This document shows positions 10,434-19,604 of a stretch of DNA of 64,000 nucleotides, piece after piece (within the stretch, counting starts at the first letter, position 1; each line of letters starts with the position of its first letter). Source of the stretch: Parcubacteria group bacterium (GTDB lineage Bacteria > Patescibacteriota > Patescibacteriia > Buchananbacterales > UBA6539). The stretch spans positions 227 to 64,226 of the forward strand of contig NYZP01000030.1 of the NCBI GenBank assembly GCA_002687175.1, written 5' to 3'. The notes under the pieces were generated by a model that saw only the letters and a program-made list of their open reading frames with translations, made no database searches and was not told the origin of the DNA. The translations under genes and the position numbers were made by a program.

Positions 10434-11660
10434 GTGGAAAAACTCTCAAAATCTCAGATTTTATTACTCATTACTATTGTTATCCTGATAATAACGGTTT
10501 ATTTTATTTACTTATCTAAGGATGAAAATATTGAGCCAGAAATTCTAAATGTAAATTCTGGCGGTACTGTTTTAGGAACCTCAACGACTACGGCGACTAT
10601 TGATCTAAATTTTGCAATGTCCGGAACTTTATCAATATTGAATGTTACTGTTGGAGATGATGTTAAGGTTGATCAAATATTGGCTCAATTAAATGCTACT
10701 GACTTGATACTTAATCTGAATCAACAAAAGTCTAATTTAGCTGAGGCTCAGACAGATTTAGATAAGTTAAAAGCTGGACCAACTGATGAAGAAATTGCCG
10801 CATTACAATTAGCCATTAATCAAGCTGAAGCTGATTTGGTTATTGCCCAAAAAAATTTAAATAGTGCGGCATCAACCACCAGTAAAATAATTGATGATCA
10901 GCAATCAGCAGTACTGGTTGTAGTCAAGGAGGTTTTAGCGGCCGCTAATATTTCTTTACAGGAGATTTTTGATACCCTAAACTATAAAGGCAGTAGTAGT
11001 AATTTTTTAACTACCAATACGGAGTTACTAAAACAAGTAGAGGCTGGTTACAATTTAGCATTAACTAAAATTGATGAAGCAGAATTGGCTTATAATTTAG
11101 CCAAGTTTAATCTTGATGGTGATTTTACTGATAATCAAATAGACCAAAGTGTTACCTTAACTTTAATTGCTTTGCCTGAAGTTGCTAAAACTTTAACTGA
11201 CTTAATCGAGCTATTAAACTTTGTGACTTTAACTTCTGTTTTAAATCAAACGGACTTGGTTATCTTAAATACTACTATTAATGCTGAACAGTTGGGTACT
11301 GATTTAAGTATTACTGATTTACAAACCTCCCAGAATGATTTAGCCGAGATTAGAGCAACACAGGAAATAAAACTTACAGCAGCTAGTGATCAAGTTAGCG
11401 TTAGTGAAAAAAAATTTATTGAGTCTGAATCAGAATTAGAACTTAAGCTGGCGCCAGTTAGTCAAGAAGACATTGTACTACTTCAAGCTAAAGTTAGTAA
11501 GATTAGAGCTGACTTGGCGAGAGCTCAAACAAGATATAATCAATCAATATTACGTTCACCAATTGCTGGAGAAATTAGAGCCATTAATTTTAATATTGGA
11601 GAACAAATAAATTCAGAACAACCGGTTATTATAATTTCAACAGATTATAGTAAAAATTAG
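10434..11660 (+). CDS. HlyD-like membrane fusion protein, C-terminally shortened paralog of 5229-6914
   Basis: Shared segments (IDLNF..G.L..LNV.VG; EDI.L.QAKVSK..ADLA.AQ; I.NINF/YEIGEQ); probable GTG start after tataat. Confidence 0.75.
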   Translation: MEKLSKSQILLLITIVILIITVYFIYLSKDENIEPEILNVNSGGTVLGTSTTTATIDLNFAMSGTLSILNVTVGDDVKVDQILAQLNATDLILNLNQQKSNLAEAQTDLDKLKAGPTDEEIAALQLAINQAEADLVIAQKNLNSAASTTSKIIDDQQSAVLVVVKEVLAAANISLQEIFDTLNYKGSSSNFLTTNTELLKQVEAGYNLALTKIDEAELAYNLAKFNLDGDFTDNQIDQSVTLTLIALPEVAKTLTDLIELLNFVTLTSVLNQTDLVILNTTINAEQLGTDLSITDLQTSQNDLAEIRATQEIKLTAASDQVSVSEKKFIESESELELKLAPVSQEDIVLLQAKVSKIRADLARAQTRYNQSILRSPIAGEIRAINFNIGEQINSEQPVIIISTDYSKN

Positions 11661-11665
11661 TTACT

Positions 11666-12778
11666 ATGTTTCTACAAAAATTATTTTCAATATTCAAAAG
11701 CTTTGACTGGATTCTTTTAGGTGCGGTTTTCTTATTGATTTGTTTTGGATTGGCCGCTATCTACAGCGTTACTATCAGCTTTGAAGAGGCTAGTTTTTTA
11801 AACTTTAATAAACAGATCATTTTTGCGGTTATTGGTTTAATTGTTCTTTTTATAATTAGTTTTTTTGACTATCGATTTTGGCAGGATTATAGCTACCTAG
11901 TATATTTGGCGGTGGCTATAATTTTAGTAGCCGTTCTATTCTTTGGTACAACTGTCCGAGGCACCACTGGTTGGTTTTCCATTTTTGGAATAAATTTTCA
12001 GCCAGTGGAATTAGCCAAAATTGCTTTGATAATATTTTTGGCATATTTTTTGAGCAATAAAGGAGCATTAATTAAAGAACCTAAAAATTTTATTATCACC
12101 CTTTCTGGTACTGGTTTATTTTTCTTGTTAGTTATGCTACAGCCTGATTTTGGATCAGGCGTTATTTTGTTTTTAGTTTGGCTTTTAATAGTTGTTTTTT
12201 CCGGAGCCAGCAAAAAACATTTAATTATTACCGGTCTGGGTTTAATGGCTCTGGCAGTAGTTGCTTGGTTCTTCTTATTTGCTGATTATCAAAAAGATCG
12301 AATTTTAACATTTGTTAATCCAACTTCTGATCCCTATGGTAGCGGTTATCATGTACGTCAAGCAGTAACGGCAGTTGGCGCTGGAGGATTTCTAGGGCGA
12401 GGGTTAGGTTTTGGGTCTCAGTCACAGCTAAAATTTTTGCCGGCTAGCCAAACTGATTTTATCTTTGCCGTAATTGCCGAGGAGTTAGGTTTTCTGGGGG
12501 TTAGCTTAGTTTTTTTCCTGTGGGGATTAATTTTTTGGCGGTTAATTCGGGCGGTTAAAATAATGAAAGATAATTTCTCGGCTCTCTTTATTCTAGGTGC
12601 ATCAGCAATTTTTTTCAGCCAGATAATTATTAATATTGGAATGAACATTGGTTTAGTACCAGTGACCGGTATTTCTTTACCATTCCTTAGCTATGGTGGC
12701 AGTTTTTTATTAATAAGTCTGGTTTTAATTGGTATTATTGAAAGCATGATTATACGGAATCAACGCTTAGGTGCTTAA
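11666..12778 (+). CDS. rodA: Rod shape-determining protein RodA (SEDS family)
   Basis: FQPVELAK, LQPDFGS, GYHVRQ, TDFIFAVIAEELG, PVTGISLPFLSYGGS. Confidence 0.9.
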   Translation: MFLQKLFSIFKSFDWILLGAVFLLICFGLAAIYSVTISFEEASFLNFNKQIIFAVIGLIVLFIISFFDYRFWQDYSYLVYLAVAIILVAVLFFGTTVRGTTGWFSIFGINFQPVELAKIALIIFLAYFLSNKGALIKEPKNFIITLSGTGLFFLLVMLQPDFGSGVILFLVWLLIVVFSGASKKHLIITGLGLMALAVVAWFFLFADYQKDRILTFVNPTSDPYGSGYHVRQAVTAVGAGGFLGRGLGFGSQSQLKFLPASQTDFIFAVIAEELGFLGVSLVFFLWGLIFWRLIRAVKIMKDNFSALFILGASAIFFSQIIINIGMNIGLVPVTGISLPFLSYGGSFLLISLVLIGIIESMIIRNQRLGA

Positions 12779-12824
12779 GATAATTTGACTATTTTTGTGA
12801 TTTAGGCTATATTGTTACTAACCT

Positions 12825-13160
12825 ATGGGGGAGAAATTATTCAATTTATTTAGTGATAATCCCACTCTAATAACACATTGCCCGGTTTGCAATGTACGTT
12901 ATAACCCTCTAGAAGCTAGGGTGTTAGAGGAGGGGGAAAGTGCGCACCTAGTTTATATTAAGTGCCGTCAATGCCAGTCAGCGATACTGGCATTAATTAT
13001 TGCTAATAATTCCGGTATTAGTTCCATGGGACTAATAACTGATTTGAGCAGTGATGACGTTTTAAAGTTTAAATCAGACAATGCTATTAGTTGCGATGAT
13101 GTGATTGAAGTGCATCAATTATTAAATAAGGAGAAAGTACTAATTGAATATTTTGATTAA
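12825..13160 (+). CDS. Zinc-ribbon hypothetical protein
   Basis: CPVC...CRQC pairs, C-terminal ISCDDVIEVH. Confidence 0.7.
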   Translation: MGEKLFNLFSDNPTLITHCPVCNVRYNPLEARVLEEGESAHLVYIKCRQCQSAILALIIANNSGISSMGLITDLSSDDVLKFKSDNAISCDDVIEVHQLLNKEKVLIEYFD

Positions 13161-13190
13161 ATATTAACTTTACAAAGGAGTAGGTAATAA

Positions 13191-13925
13191 ATGCCTGAAC
13201 AAATAAACCTTAAGGTAAAGACCAGAAGCGAGGTCGGAAAAAAAGTAAATAATTTAAGAAAGCAGGGTCAAATCCCGGCTATTTTGTATGGGAACAAAAT
13301 GGATCCAGCAAATTTATCTGTTGATTATTCAACTTTTGAAAAAGTTTTTAAAAAAGCTGGAGAAAGTACTTTAATTGATTTAGAAATTGATGATCAAAAA
13401 CCAATTAAAGTTTTAGTTCAAGACTATCAAATTAATCCAGTATCTGATAAATTTATTCATATTGATTTTCAACAAATCAATATGACTGAAAAACTTCATG
13501 CCACGGTTGAGCTTAAATTTATTGGCGAGCCACCAGCCGTAAAAGAATTTGGTGGTGTTTTAATTACCAGTATCGATAATTTGGAAGTTGAATGTCTACC
13601 ACAAGATCTAGTTCACCAAATTGAAATTGATCTATCAAGTTTAGAAAAAATTGATGATTCAATTCACGTTGCTGATATCAAGGCTCCGGAAGGTATAACA
13701 ATTTTAAATACCCCTGATAATGTAATCGTCCTAATTCAAGCACCAAGAACAGATAAAGATATGGCCGCTCTTGAAGAAAAACCAGACGGTGAATTGCCAT
13801 CAGTTGTCGGCACCGAAGGCACAGAGGGTATTGAAGGTGAAACTGCTGAAAAAGGTGAAGGCGGTACTGAAGTTAAAGCCGAAACAGATAAGACCAAACC
13901 AGAAGATAAAGCAGAGAAGAAATAA
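13191..13925 (+). CDS. rplY: 50S ribosomal protein L25 / Ctc
   Basis: LRKQGQIPAILYG, HIDF, Ctc C-terminal domain and acidic tail; SD aaggag. Confidence 0.93.
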   Translation: MPEQINLKVKTRSEVGKKVNNLRKQGQIPAILYGNKMDPANLSVDYSTFEKVFKKAGESTLIDLEIDDQKPIKVLVQDYQINPVSDKFIHIDFQQINMTEKLHATVELKFIGEPPAVKEFGGVLITSIDNLEVECLPQDLVHQIEIDLSSLEKIDDSIHVADIKAPEGITILNTPDNVIVLIQAPRTDKDMAALEEKPDGELPSVVGTEGTEGIEGETAEKGEGGTEVKAETDKTKPEDKAEKK

Positions 13926-14009
13926 TTTTTATATAAAAAATTATCTAATTTAACCCAGACCTTAAGGTCTTTTTGTGTTTGAACCCCACTCGTTTAAGGA
14001 GAATTAACC

Positions 14010-14219
14010 ATGGGAGCAGACTCAAATTGTGGATTTGAGGACGACGAAGAGGTTATTCATGAATACATGCGTATCTTGAACGTTTCCGGCCAGAGTATCG
14101 CTAGAGCTTTTTTAGACGGGCTTCCGGAAAACCAGCGTAGCCGGGTTACCCCAGACATCAATCTTCTGGTCGCGACGCGGGCCGCGCGTCTCACCGCACG
14201 GCGCCAAAGAGAAACCTGA
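14010..14219 (+). CDS. Orphan small protein
   Basis: Strong SD aaggag 7 nt upstream; terminator-like hairpin at about 14275-14313. Confidence 0.55.
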   Translation: MGADSNCGFEDDEEVIHEYMRILNVSGQSIARAFLDGLPENQRSRVTPDINLLVATRAARLTARRQRET

Positions 14220-14369
14220 TACCCATATCTAACTTTCTCTGCCCAGAAAATTGCGGTAATAATCTACTGCAACTGCACGACTTAGAACATCGCCGTTCAA
14301 GCCGTGCTTTTTTAAGTAGAATTTCATACTTTTAATTAAAGTAAAAATATTATAAAATACTAATATTAT

Positions 14370-15407
14370 ATGTTTAAAAATTTAAAGAATTTATTTAATA
14401 TTTCTCCTCGACTATGGATTCTAATTGCTGGTGCCGTTTTAACGGCTGATTTTTTTCTGCTATATTTTATAGCTACGGAGAACAGTTTTAATTGGCAATT
14501 TGGCAAAATTCGTCCAGTAGATCAAATGAATCATCGTTTGCTAGACGGTGAATTAGTAGCAAAAGATATATCATCATTAAAACCAATTGTTGTGATGATG
14601 GAGAATCACTCGCTAAGTAGACCAACTGCTGGCCTGGAAAATGCCAGTATAATTTACGAAACAATCATCGAAGGTGACATAACCAGATTTTTGGCTATTT
14701 TTGATCCAACTATTGAAGCTAAAAAAATTGGACCAGTTCGATCAGTCAGACCTTTTTTTGTCGAAATTGCCGAAGAGTGGAATCCAGTTTTATTCCATGC
14801 TGGAGGTAGCCAGGACGCTATGTATAAGTTAACTTATAGTAAAGTTGATAATGTAAACGAGATATCAGGAGATGGCATTTATTTTTGGCGTGACACTCAG
14901 CGAGCAATGCCCCATAATCTTTTTACCTCAATTAATCAAATCAAAAGAGCAATTGAAGCTAAAGAGATAGATTTGGCAGCAGATTTTGAACCTTGGTTAT
15001 TTAAAAATGATGGTCTAGACAGACCAGAGGCGGACGCAAAATTACATGAAGTAGTAAAAGTTAATTTTAACAATAATCCATTATATCAAGTTGAGTATAG
15101 GTATAATCAAGAAGATCATAACTATACTCGCTACTTGGCTGGAGAAATTCATAAAACTGACAGGGGCATATTTCTCAAAGCAAATAACATTATTTTTCAA
15201 CATGTAAATTTTGATGTTGTTGATAGCTATGGCAGATTAGATGTCAACGTCACGGGAAAAGGCCGAGCAGAGATTTTTCAAGATGGTAGGATAATTGAAG
15301 CCTATTGGCAAAAACCAAAGAACAGTAGAACCAAATTCTATGATTTGGGTAATCGAGAGATAAAATTTAACCGAGGAACTATTTGGATTGAGCTAGTTTT
15401 TAACTAA
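14370..15407 (+). CDS. DUF3048 (YerB-like) membrane-anchored protein
   Basis: VMMENH..SRP..GL..A.IIYE...EG.ITRF, IGPVRSVR, HAGGS, PHNL. Confidence 0.85.
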   Translation: MFKNLKNLFNISPRLWILIAGAVLTADFFLLYFIATENSFNWQFGKIRPVDQMNHRLLDGELVAKDISSLKPIVVMMENHSLSRPTAGLENASIIYETIIEGDITRFLAIFDPTIEAKKIGPVRSVRPFFVEIAEEWNPVLFHAGGSQDAMYKLTYSKVDNVNEISGDGIYFWRDTQRAMPHNLFTSINQIKRAIEAKEIDLAADFEPWLFKNDGLDRPEADAKLHEVVKVNFNNNPLYQVEYRYNQEDHNYTRYLAGEIHKTDRGIFLKANNIIFQHVNFDVVDSYGRLDVNVTGKGRAEIFQDGRIIEAYWQKPKNSRTKFYDLGNREIKFNRGTIWIELVFN

Positions 15408-15902
15408 AACCCTTTGTAATTAGCTTCTTATATTTGTATTCTTGACATGAATACTTTTTTTATTTAACATACTAATATCACTACATTTGGAGAAGGGAGG
15501 ATAAAATCGACTTGGATGATGTAGTACAGTATCGTTTTTTTACGCGGCAGTCTTGAACTTATCTCATGCGAGGGGTACAACCATTTCCATAGTTACGAGC
15601 CAACGATGAGTTGACAGAAATTCAACAAGAATATCTGTAAAAACTTCCGACTAACGGAGTTACTATGAATTGGCCAACCCAAGGCACAGACCACTGATTC
15701 AAGACGAACGAACCCACAGGGGAATGTTATGCGCAATTTGCATTTGTGGAGTTCTGGAATGCCCAACAAGATCACTTTGGAGCGGGAAAGACCACCGCCC
15801 CTATAGATTCATTTTGGCTCGAGATTCGCACCTAAGCAATGCGTCTTCTCGGGCCACTTTTTTCTTGATTAAAATAAAAAAATAGGCTATTATTTCAATG
15901 CT

Positions 15903-17498
15903 ATGGATCTAACATTATATCGAAAATATCGCCCTCAAAGCTTTAAAGAAGTTATTGGGCAGAACCATGTTAAAACCACGGTTCAAAGTGAAATTGAAAC
16001 TGGTAAAGTGGCTCATGCTTATCTATTTTCTGGTCCTCGTGGTCTTGGTAAAACTACTATGGCCCGGCTTTTGGCAAAAGCGGTTAATTGCTTAAAAGTA
16101 AAATCTGGTAGTAGTGAACCATGTAACAGCTGTGACGCTTGTACTGAATTAATGGCGGCTAAGTCGCTAGATATCATTGAAATCGATGCGGCGTCACATA
16201 CCGGGGTTGATAATGTTCGGGAAAATATTATTGATAATGCTCGGTTTACCCCAACAAGTCGTAAATTTAAAGTTTTTATTATTGATGAAGTTCACATGCT
16301 GTCAGTATCAGCATTTAATGCCCTGTTAAAAATTTTAGAGGAACCACCAGATCATGTAATGTTTATTTTGGCTACTACCGAAATTCATAAAGTTCCAGAA
16401 ACTATTATTTCTCGTTGTCAGCACTTTGAATTCAGAAAAGTAACCGAGGCCGAAATTGTCGGTCGTTTAAATCAACTTGTTACAAAAGAAAAAAGATCAG
16501 TTGATAAATCAATTTTAGAAAATATTGCTTATTATGCAGATGGTGGTATGCGTGACGCTGAAAGTTTACTCGGTCAAATTTTATCTTTAAGTGATAAAGA
16601 AATTACCCCTGAGCAAGCCGAGTTAGTGCTACCACGATCTCGTTTTGATTTAGTTTTAGAATTTATTGCTTATTTAAGTAAAAAGGATTCAACCGCCGCG
16701 ATCGGCTTAATAAATCGGTTAGTTCAGGAAGGAATTGATTTAGAAAAGTTTAATGTTGAACTAATTGAAGTGTTAAGAAAAATTTTACTGATAAAAATAA
16801 ATCAAGATTTAAGTAAATATACTAGTGGTTTGAATAAAGATCTGGAAAAAAGAGTAACTGATATTTCTAAAGATATGACACTCAATTTTTTAGTTAGAGC
16901 AACAGAAATTTTTATGGCTAAACAGCAAGATCTTAAATTCGCCACTATTTATCAACTGCCATTAGAATTAGCAATTTTAGAAATAATTGGTTCCAACCAG
17001 GAAGAAGTTAATGATAATGATAACGATGTAGATTCATCAAATAATAATAAACCTCTAGCAACACCTAAAGTAGATAATAAGATTACAGAGAGGCCAAAAC
17101 CAGAAGTGAAAAAACAAGTTAATAGTGCTGTTGCTGTCAGACTAACTTTAGATCAAATTAAAGAAAAATGGGGAGAAGTTTTACAAAATTTAAAGCAGTA
17201 TAATCAAAGCCTAGCTTCAGCTTTAAAGATTGGCCAACCGGGATCGGTAAAAGATGATGGAACACTAGAGGTTTGCTTTAAACATAAATTTCATCAAGAA
17301 AGAATTAACGACACCAAAAACAAAAAGATTTTAGAAAGTGTCCTAGAAGAAATTTTTGGGGTTAAGCTAATTGTTAGAACATTAGTTGTTAAAGAACTGC
17401 CTGATAAGGAAGTCATAGTCGAAGCGGTTGCTGAAAAGCCAGCCGATGATTCCTTGGATAATATTTTAAAAACATTTGGCGGTCAGGTTGTAGATTAG
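15903..17498 (+). CDS. dnaX: DNA polymerase III subunit gamma/tau
   Basis: LYRKYRPQSF, GPRGLGKT, zinc Cys motif, EIDAAS, IIDEVHML, ISRCQ. Confidence 0.96.
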   Translation: MDLTLYRKYRPQSFKEVIGQNHVKTTVQSEIETGKVAHAYLFSGPRGLGKTTMARLLAKAVNCLKVKSGSSEPCNSCDACTELMAAKSLDIIEIDAASHTGVDNVRENIIDNARFTPTSRKFKVFIIDEVHMLSVSAFNALLKILEEPPDHVMFILATTEIHKVPETIISRCQHFEFRKVTEAEIVGRLNQLVTKEKRSVDKSILENIAYYADGGMRDAESLLGQILSLSDKEITPEQAELVLPRSRFDLVLEFIAYLSKKDSTAAIGLINRLVQEGIDLEKFNVELIEVLRKILLIKINQDLSKYTSGLNKDLEKRVTDISKDMTLNFLVRATEIFMAKQQDLKFATIYQLPLELAILEIIGSNQEEVNDNDNDVDSSNNNKPLATPKVDNKITERPKPEVKKQVNSAVAVRLTLDQIKEKWGEVLQNLKQYNQSLASALKIGQPGSVKDDGTLEVCFKHKFHQERINDTKNKKILESVLEEIFGVKLIVRTLVVKELPDKEVIVEAVAEKPADDSLDNILKTFGGQVVD

Positions 17499-17650
17499 AT
17501 AGACAGTAAATATTCGGGGATCGTCCACCTACGCCAAAGCTTCGGTGGACAAGTCTAACGGCTTAGCCCCATAACTCGGGGATCGTCTAATCCCCGACAT
17601 AAAGTCGGGGCAGGGTCCGGACGCCAGACATGGTTTGTCCTGTCCAAACT

Positions 17651-17851
17651 TCGGAGATCGTCTAACGTCCCCGCCCCATAACTCGGGGATCGTCTAATGG
17701 TAGGACGCCTGGTTCTGGTCCAGGTAATCTAGGTTCGAATCCTGGTCCCCGAGTTATGGGGCGGGATAAATAGGACGCCAGGTGGCGCCTGCCCCGCCGC
17801 ATGGCGGGGGATCCTGGTAATCGGGGTTCGCGCGAAGCGCCTGTCTCCGAG
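17651..17851 (+). pseudogene. Middle degenerate tRNA-Gln interrupted in D-, anticodon and T-loops
   Basis: tcggaga/tctccga acceptor pair; tcgtctaa...taggacg D arm; ccagg/cctgg anticodon stem; taat; cgggg-ttcg T arm. Confidence 0.7.
17683..17753 (+). tRNA. tRNA-Gln (CTG), CCA not encoded
   Basis: Full cloverleaf: tcgggga/tccccga, gtc-taatggtag-gac, cctgg-ttCTGgt-ccagg, ctagg-ttcgaat-cctgg. Confidence 0.95.
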
Positions 17852-17938
17852 GCTTGTACAGGAATCATGCTTGTCCGCCAAAGCCTGGAGGGCGTAGGTG
17901 GTTCCCTGAGCCAATAAATAATAAATAAATAAAATTTA

Positions 17939-18718
17939 ATGGACCCTAAATATCAGCAGATTATTGATTTTATCAAGGAGTCTGGAGAGGAGATTGTAGA
18001 ACAATTTGGAAAAATTAAATATATTGATGTTAAACATCGTTTCACCAGCGAATACGATTTAAAAATTGAACGAGGCTTTGAAAAAATTGTTAAAGGTTTT
18101 GGTGAAGGCCATAAACTTTATGCTGAAGAAGAACACGATGCCTTTAGCGAGGCAAATAATTTGTGGGTAGTCGACCCAATTAGTGGCACACGATTTTTAA
18201 TTGAAGGCACAAAGTACTACTCCATTGTGGCTACTCATGTGCAAAATGGAAAATCATTATTCTCGGCGGTGTATGGTCCCAGTATTAATGAATTTTTTGT
18301 AGCTATGGCTGGTCAAGGTTCATTTTTGAATGATAAAAAAATTACTATTAATCCTAGTCAACCAAATCCTAAAATAATATTTAAAGTTTCTGATGAGTGG
18401 AAAGATTTAGAAGCTGCTGAAAGAGTTCGTTTGGTGCTAAAAACTTTCAATTTCGAAGAAGTTGAAAAATCAGAAGCGCTAAATTACAGCAATGTTGCCT
18501 GTGGTCGAGCTGACTGCTTTGTTTTACTGGGTAAAGATTCTTTTCCCAGTTTTGCTGGTCAATTAATAGTGACCGAAGCGGGAGGTGTTTTTAGCAATAT
18601 TAAAGGGGAGTCCATAATTAATCACGATGATAAAATTTTTATTGCCGGTGAACAAACTATTAATGACAAGATCTTACCGTTAGTCCAAAAGGCTCTCGGC
18701 TCTTATTACATTAATTAA
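17939..18718 (+). CDS. Inositol monophosphatase family protein
   Basis: AEEE, WVVDPISGT, VACGRAD, AGQLIVTEAGG. Confidence 0.85.
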   Translation: MDPKYQQIIDFIKESGEEIVEQFGKIKYIDVKHRFTSEYDLKIERGFEKIVKGFGEGHKLYAEEEHDAFSEANNLWVVDPISGTRFLIEGTKYYSIVATHVQNGKSLFSAVYGPSINEFFVAMAGQGSFLNDKKITINPSQPNPKIIFKVSDEWKDLEAAERVRLVLKTFNFEEVEKSEALNYSNVACGRADCFVLLGKDSFPSFAGQLIVTEAGGVFSNIKGESIINHDDKIFIAGEQTINDKILPLVQKALGSYYIN

Positions 18719-19264
18719 ATGTCACTTGAAAAATCTAAAATAAAATTAGAAACTGGGGATCAAGCTCCTGATTTTAGTTTACTGGGTATTGATGATAAAC
18801 AATATTCACTGGCTGATTTTACTGATTTTGAATCAGTTTTAATAATTTTTATGTGCAATCACTGCCCCTACGTAAAAGCTAAAATTGATGTTTTGAATAA
18901 TCTTCAAAAAAAGTATAGTTCTCAATTAGCGATTGTTGGAATCAACAGTAATGATCCTAATTATCCAGGAGAGGGAATGGAGTTGATGAAAGAATTTACC
19001 AAGGAACATAAAATAAATTATTTTTATCTACTTGATGATTCACAAGATACAGCAAAATCTTATGGCGCTACTTGCACACCAGATCCATTTTTATTAAACA
19101 AAGAACACAAGTTAGTTTTCCATGGACGACTTAATAATCAAATGCAACCAGAAGATAAGTCGACTGAAGAGACCATGGAGTTAAAAATTGAACAGCTTCT
19201 GAAGAATGAAAAAATCAGTGACGATTTTTTACCCTCAATGGGGTGTTCTATTAAATGGTTATAA
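18719..19264 (+). CDS. Thioredoxin family (AhpC/TSA-like) protein
   Basis: FMCNHCPYV, GINSND, ATCTPDPF, SMGCSIKW. Confidence 0.9.
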   Translation: MSLEKSKIKLETGDQAPDFSLLGIDDKQYSLADFTDFESVLIIFMCNHCPYVKAKIDVLNNLQKKYSSQLAIVGINSNDPNYPGEGMELMKEFTKEHKINYFYLLDDSQDTAKSYGATCTPDPFLLNKEHKLVFHGRLNNQMQPEDKSTEETMELKIEQLLKNEKISDDFLPSMGCSIKWL

Positions 19265-19282
19265 ATTATTAAAATAAATATT

Positions 19283-19537
19283 ATGTTAGATAAATTTAAA
19301 GAGTTAGGAAAACTTAAGGCCTTACAAGACCAAGCAAAAAATGAAAGATTCGAAGCAAATAAGGATGGTGTTAAAGTTGTGGTCAATGGTAGCTTTAACG
19401 TAGAAGAAGTAGTTTTAAATTCGGAATTAACAGTTGAGCAACAAGCTGACATTGTTAAAGAGTGTTTTAATGATGCTATTAGAAATGCTCAAATGGGAAT
19501 GGCCCAAAAAATGCAAGGTTTAGGACTAGGAATGTAA
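19283..19537 (+). CDS. ybaB: YbaB/EbfC nucleoid-associated protein
   Basis: GVKVVVNG, FNDAI, QKMQGLG; close to dnaX. Confidence 0.8.
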   Translation: MLDKFKELGKLKALQDQAKNERFEANKDGVKVVVNGSFNVEEVVLNSELTVEQQADIVKECFNDAIRNAQMGMAQKMQGLGLGM

Positions 19538-19604
19538 ATATTGACTAATTTTAGTCATATTGCTACCATAATTGTATATATTATTAATAATAATACAAAA
19601 ACTT

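Larger units (their letters stand above)
17514..17913 (+). pseudogene. Outermost tRNA-Gln shell (acceptor halves plus G and CCA)
   Basis: tcgggga 17514-17520 pairs with tccctga 17903-17909, followed by g-cca; begins tcggggatcgtc like the intact tRNA. Confidence 0.65.

Noticed and set aside
15593-15885. 60- and 71-aa ORFs upstream of dnaX
   Set aside because: TTG starts without SD, and the plus-strand ORF runs through a terminator; at most pseudogene fragments
17514-17913. CRISPR array or prophage att interpretation of the repeats
   Set aside because: Repeats are tRNA fragments with irregular spacing and concentric pairing; no cas or integrase gene nearby
17662-17914. Minus-strand ORFs of 68 and 61 aa
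   Set aside because: Antisense to the tRNA-Gln nest; they are by-products of GC-rich structured sequence
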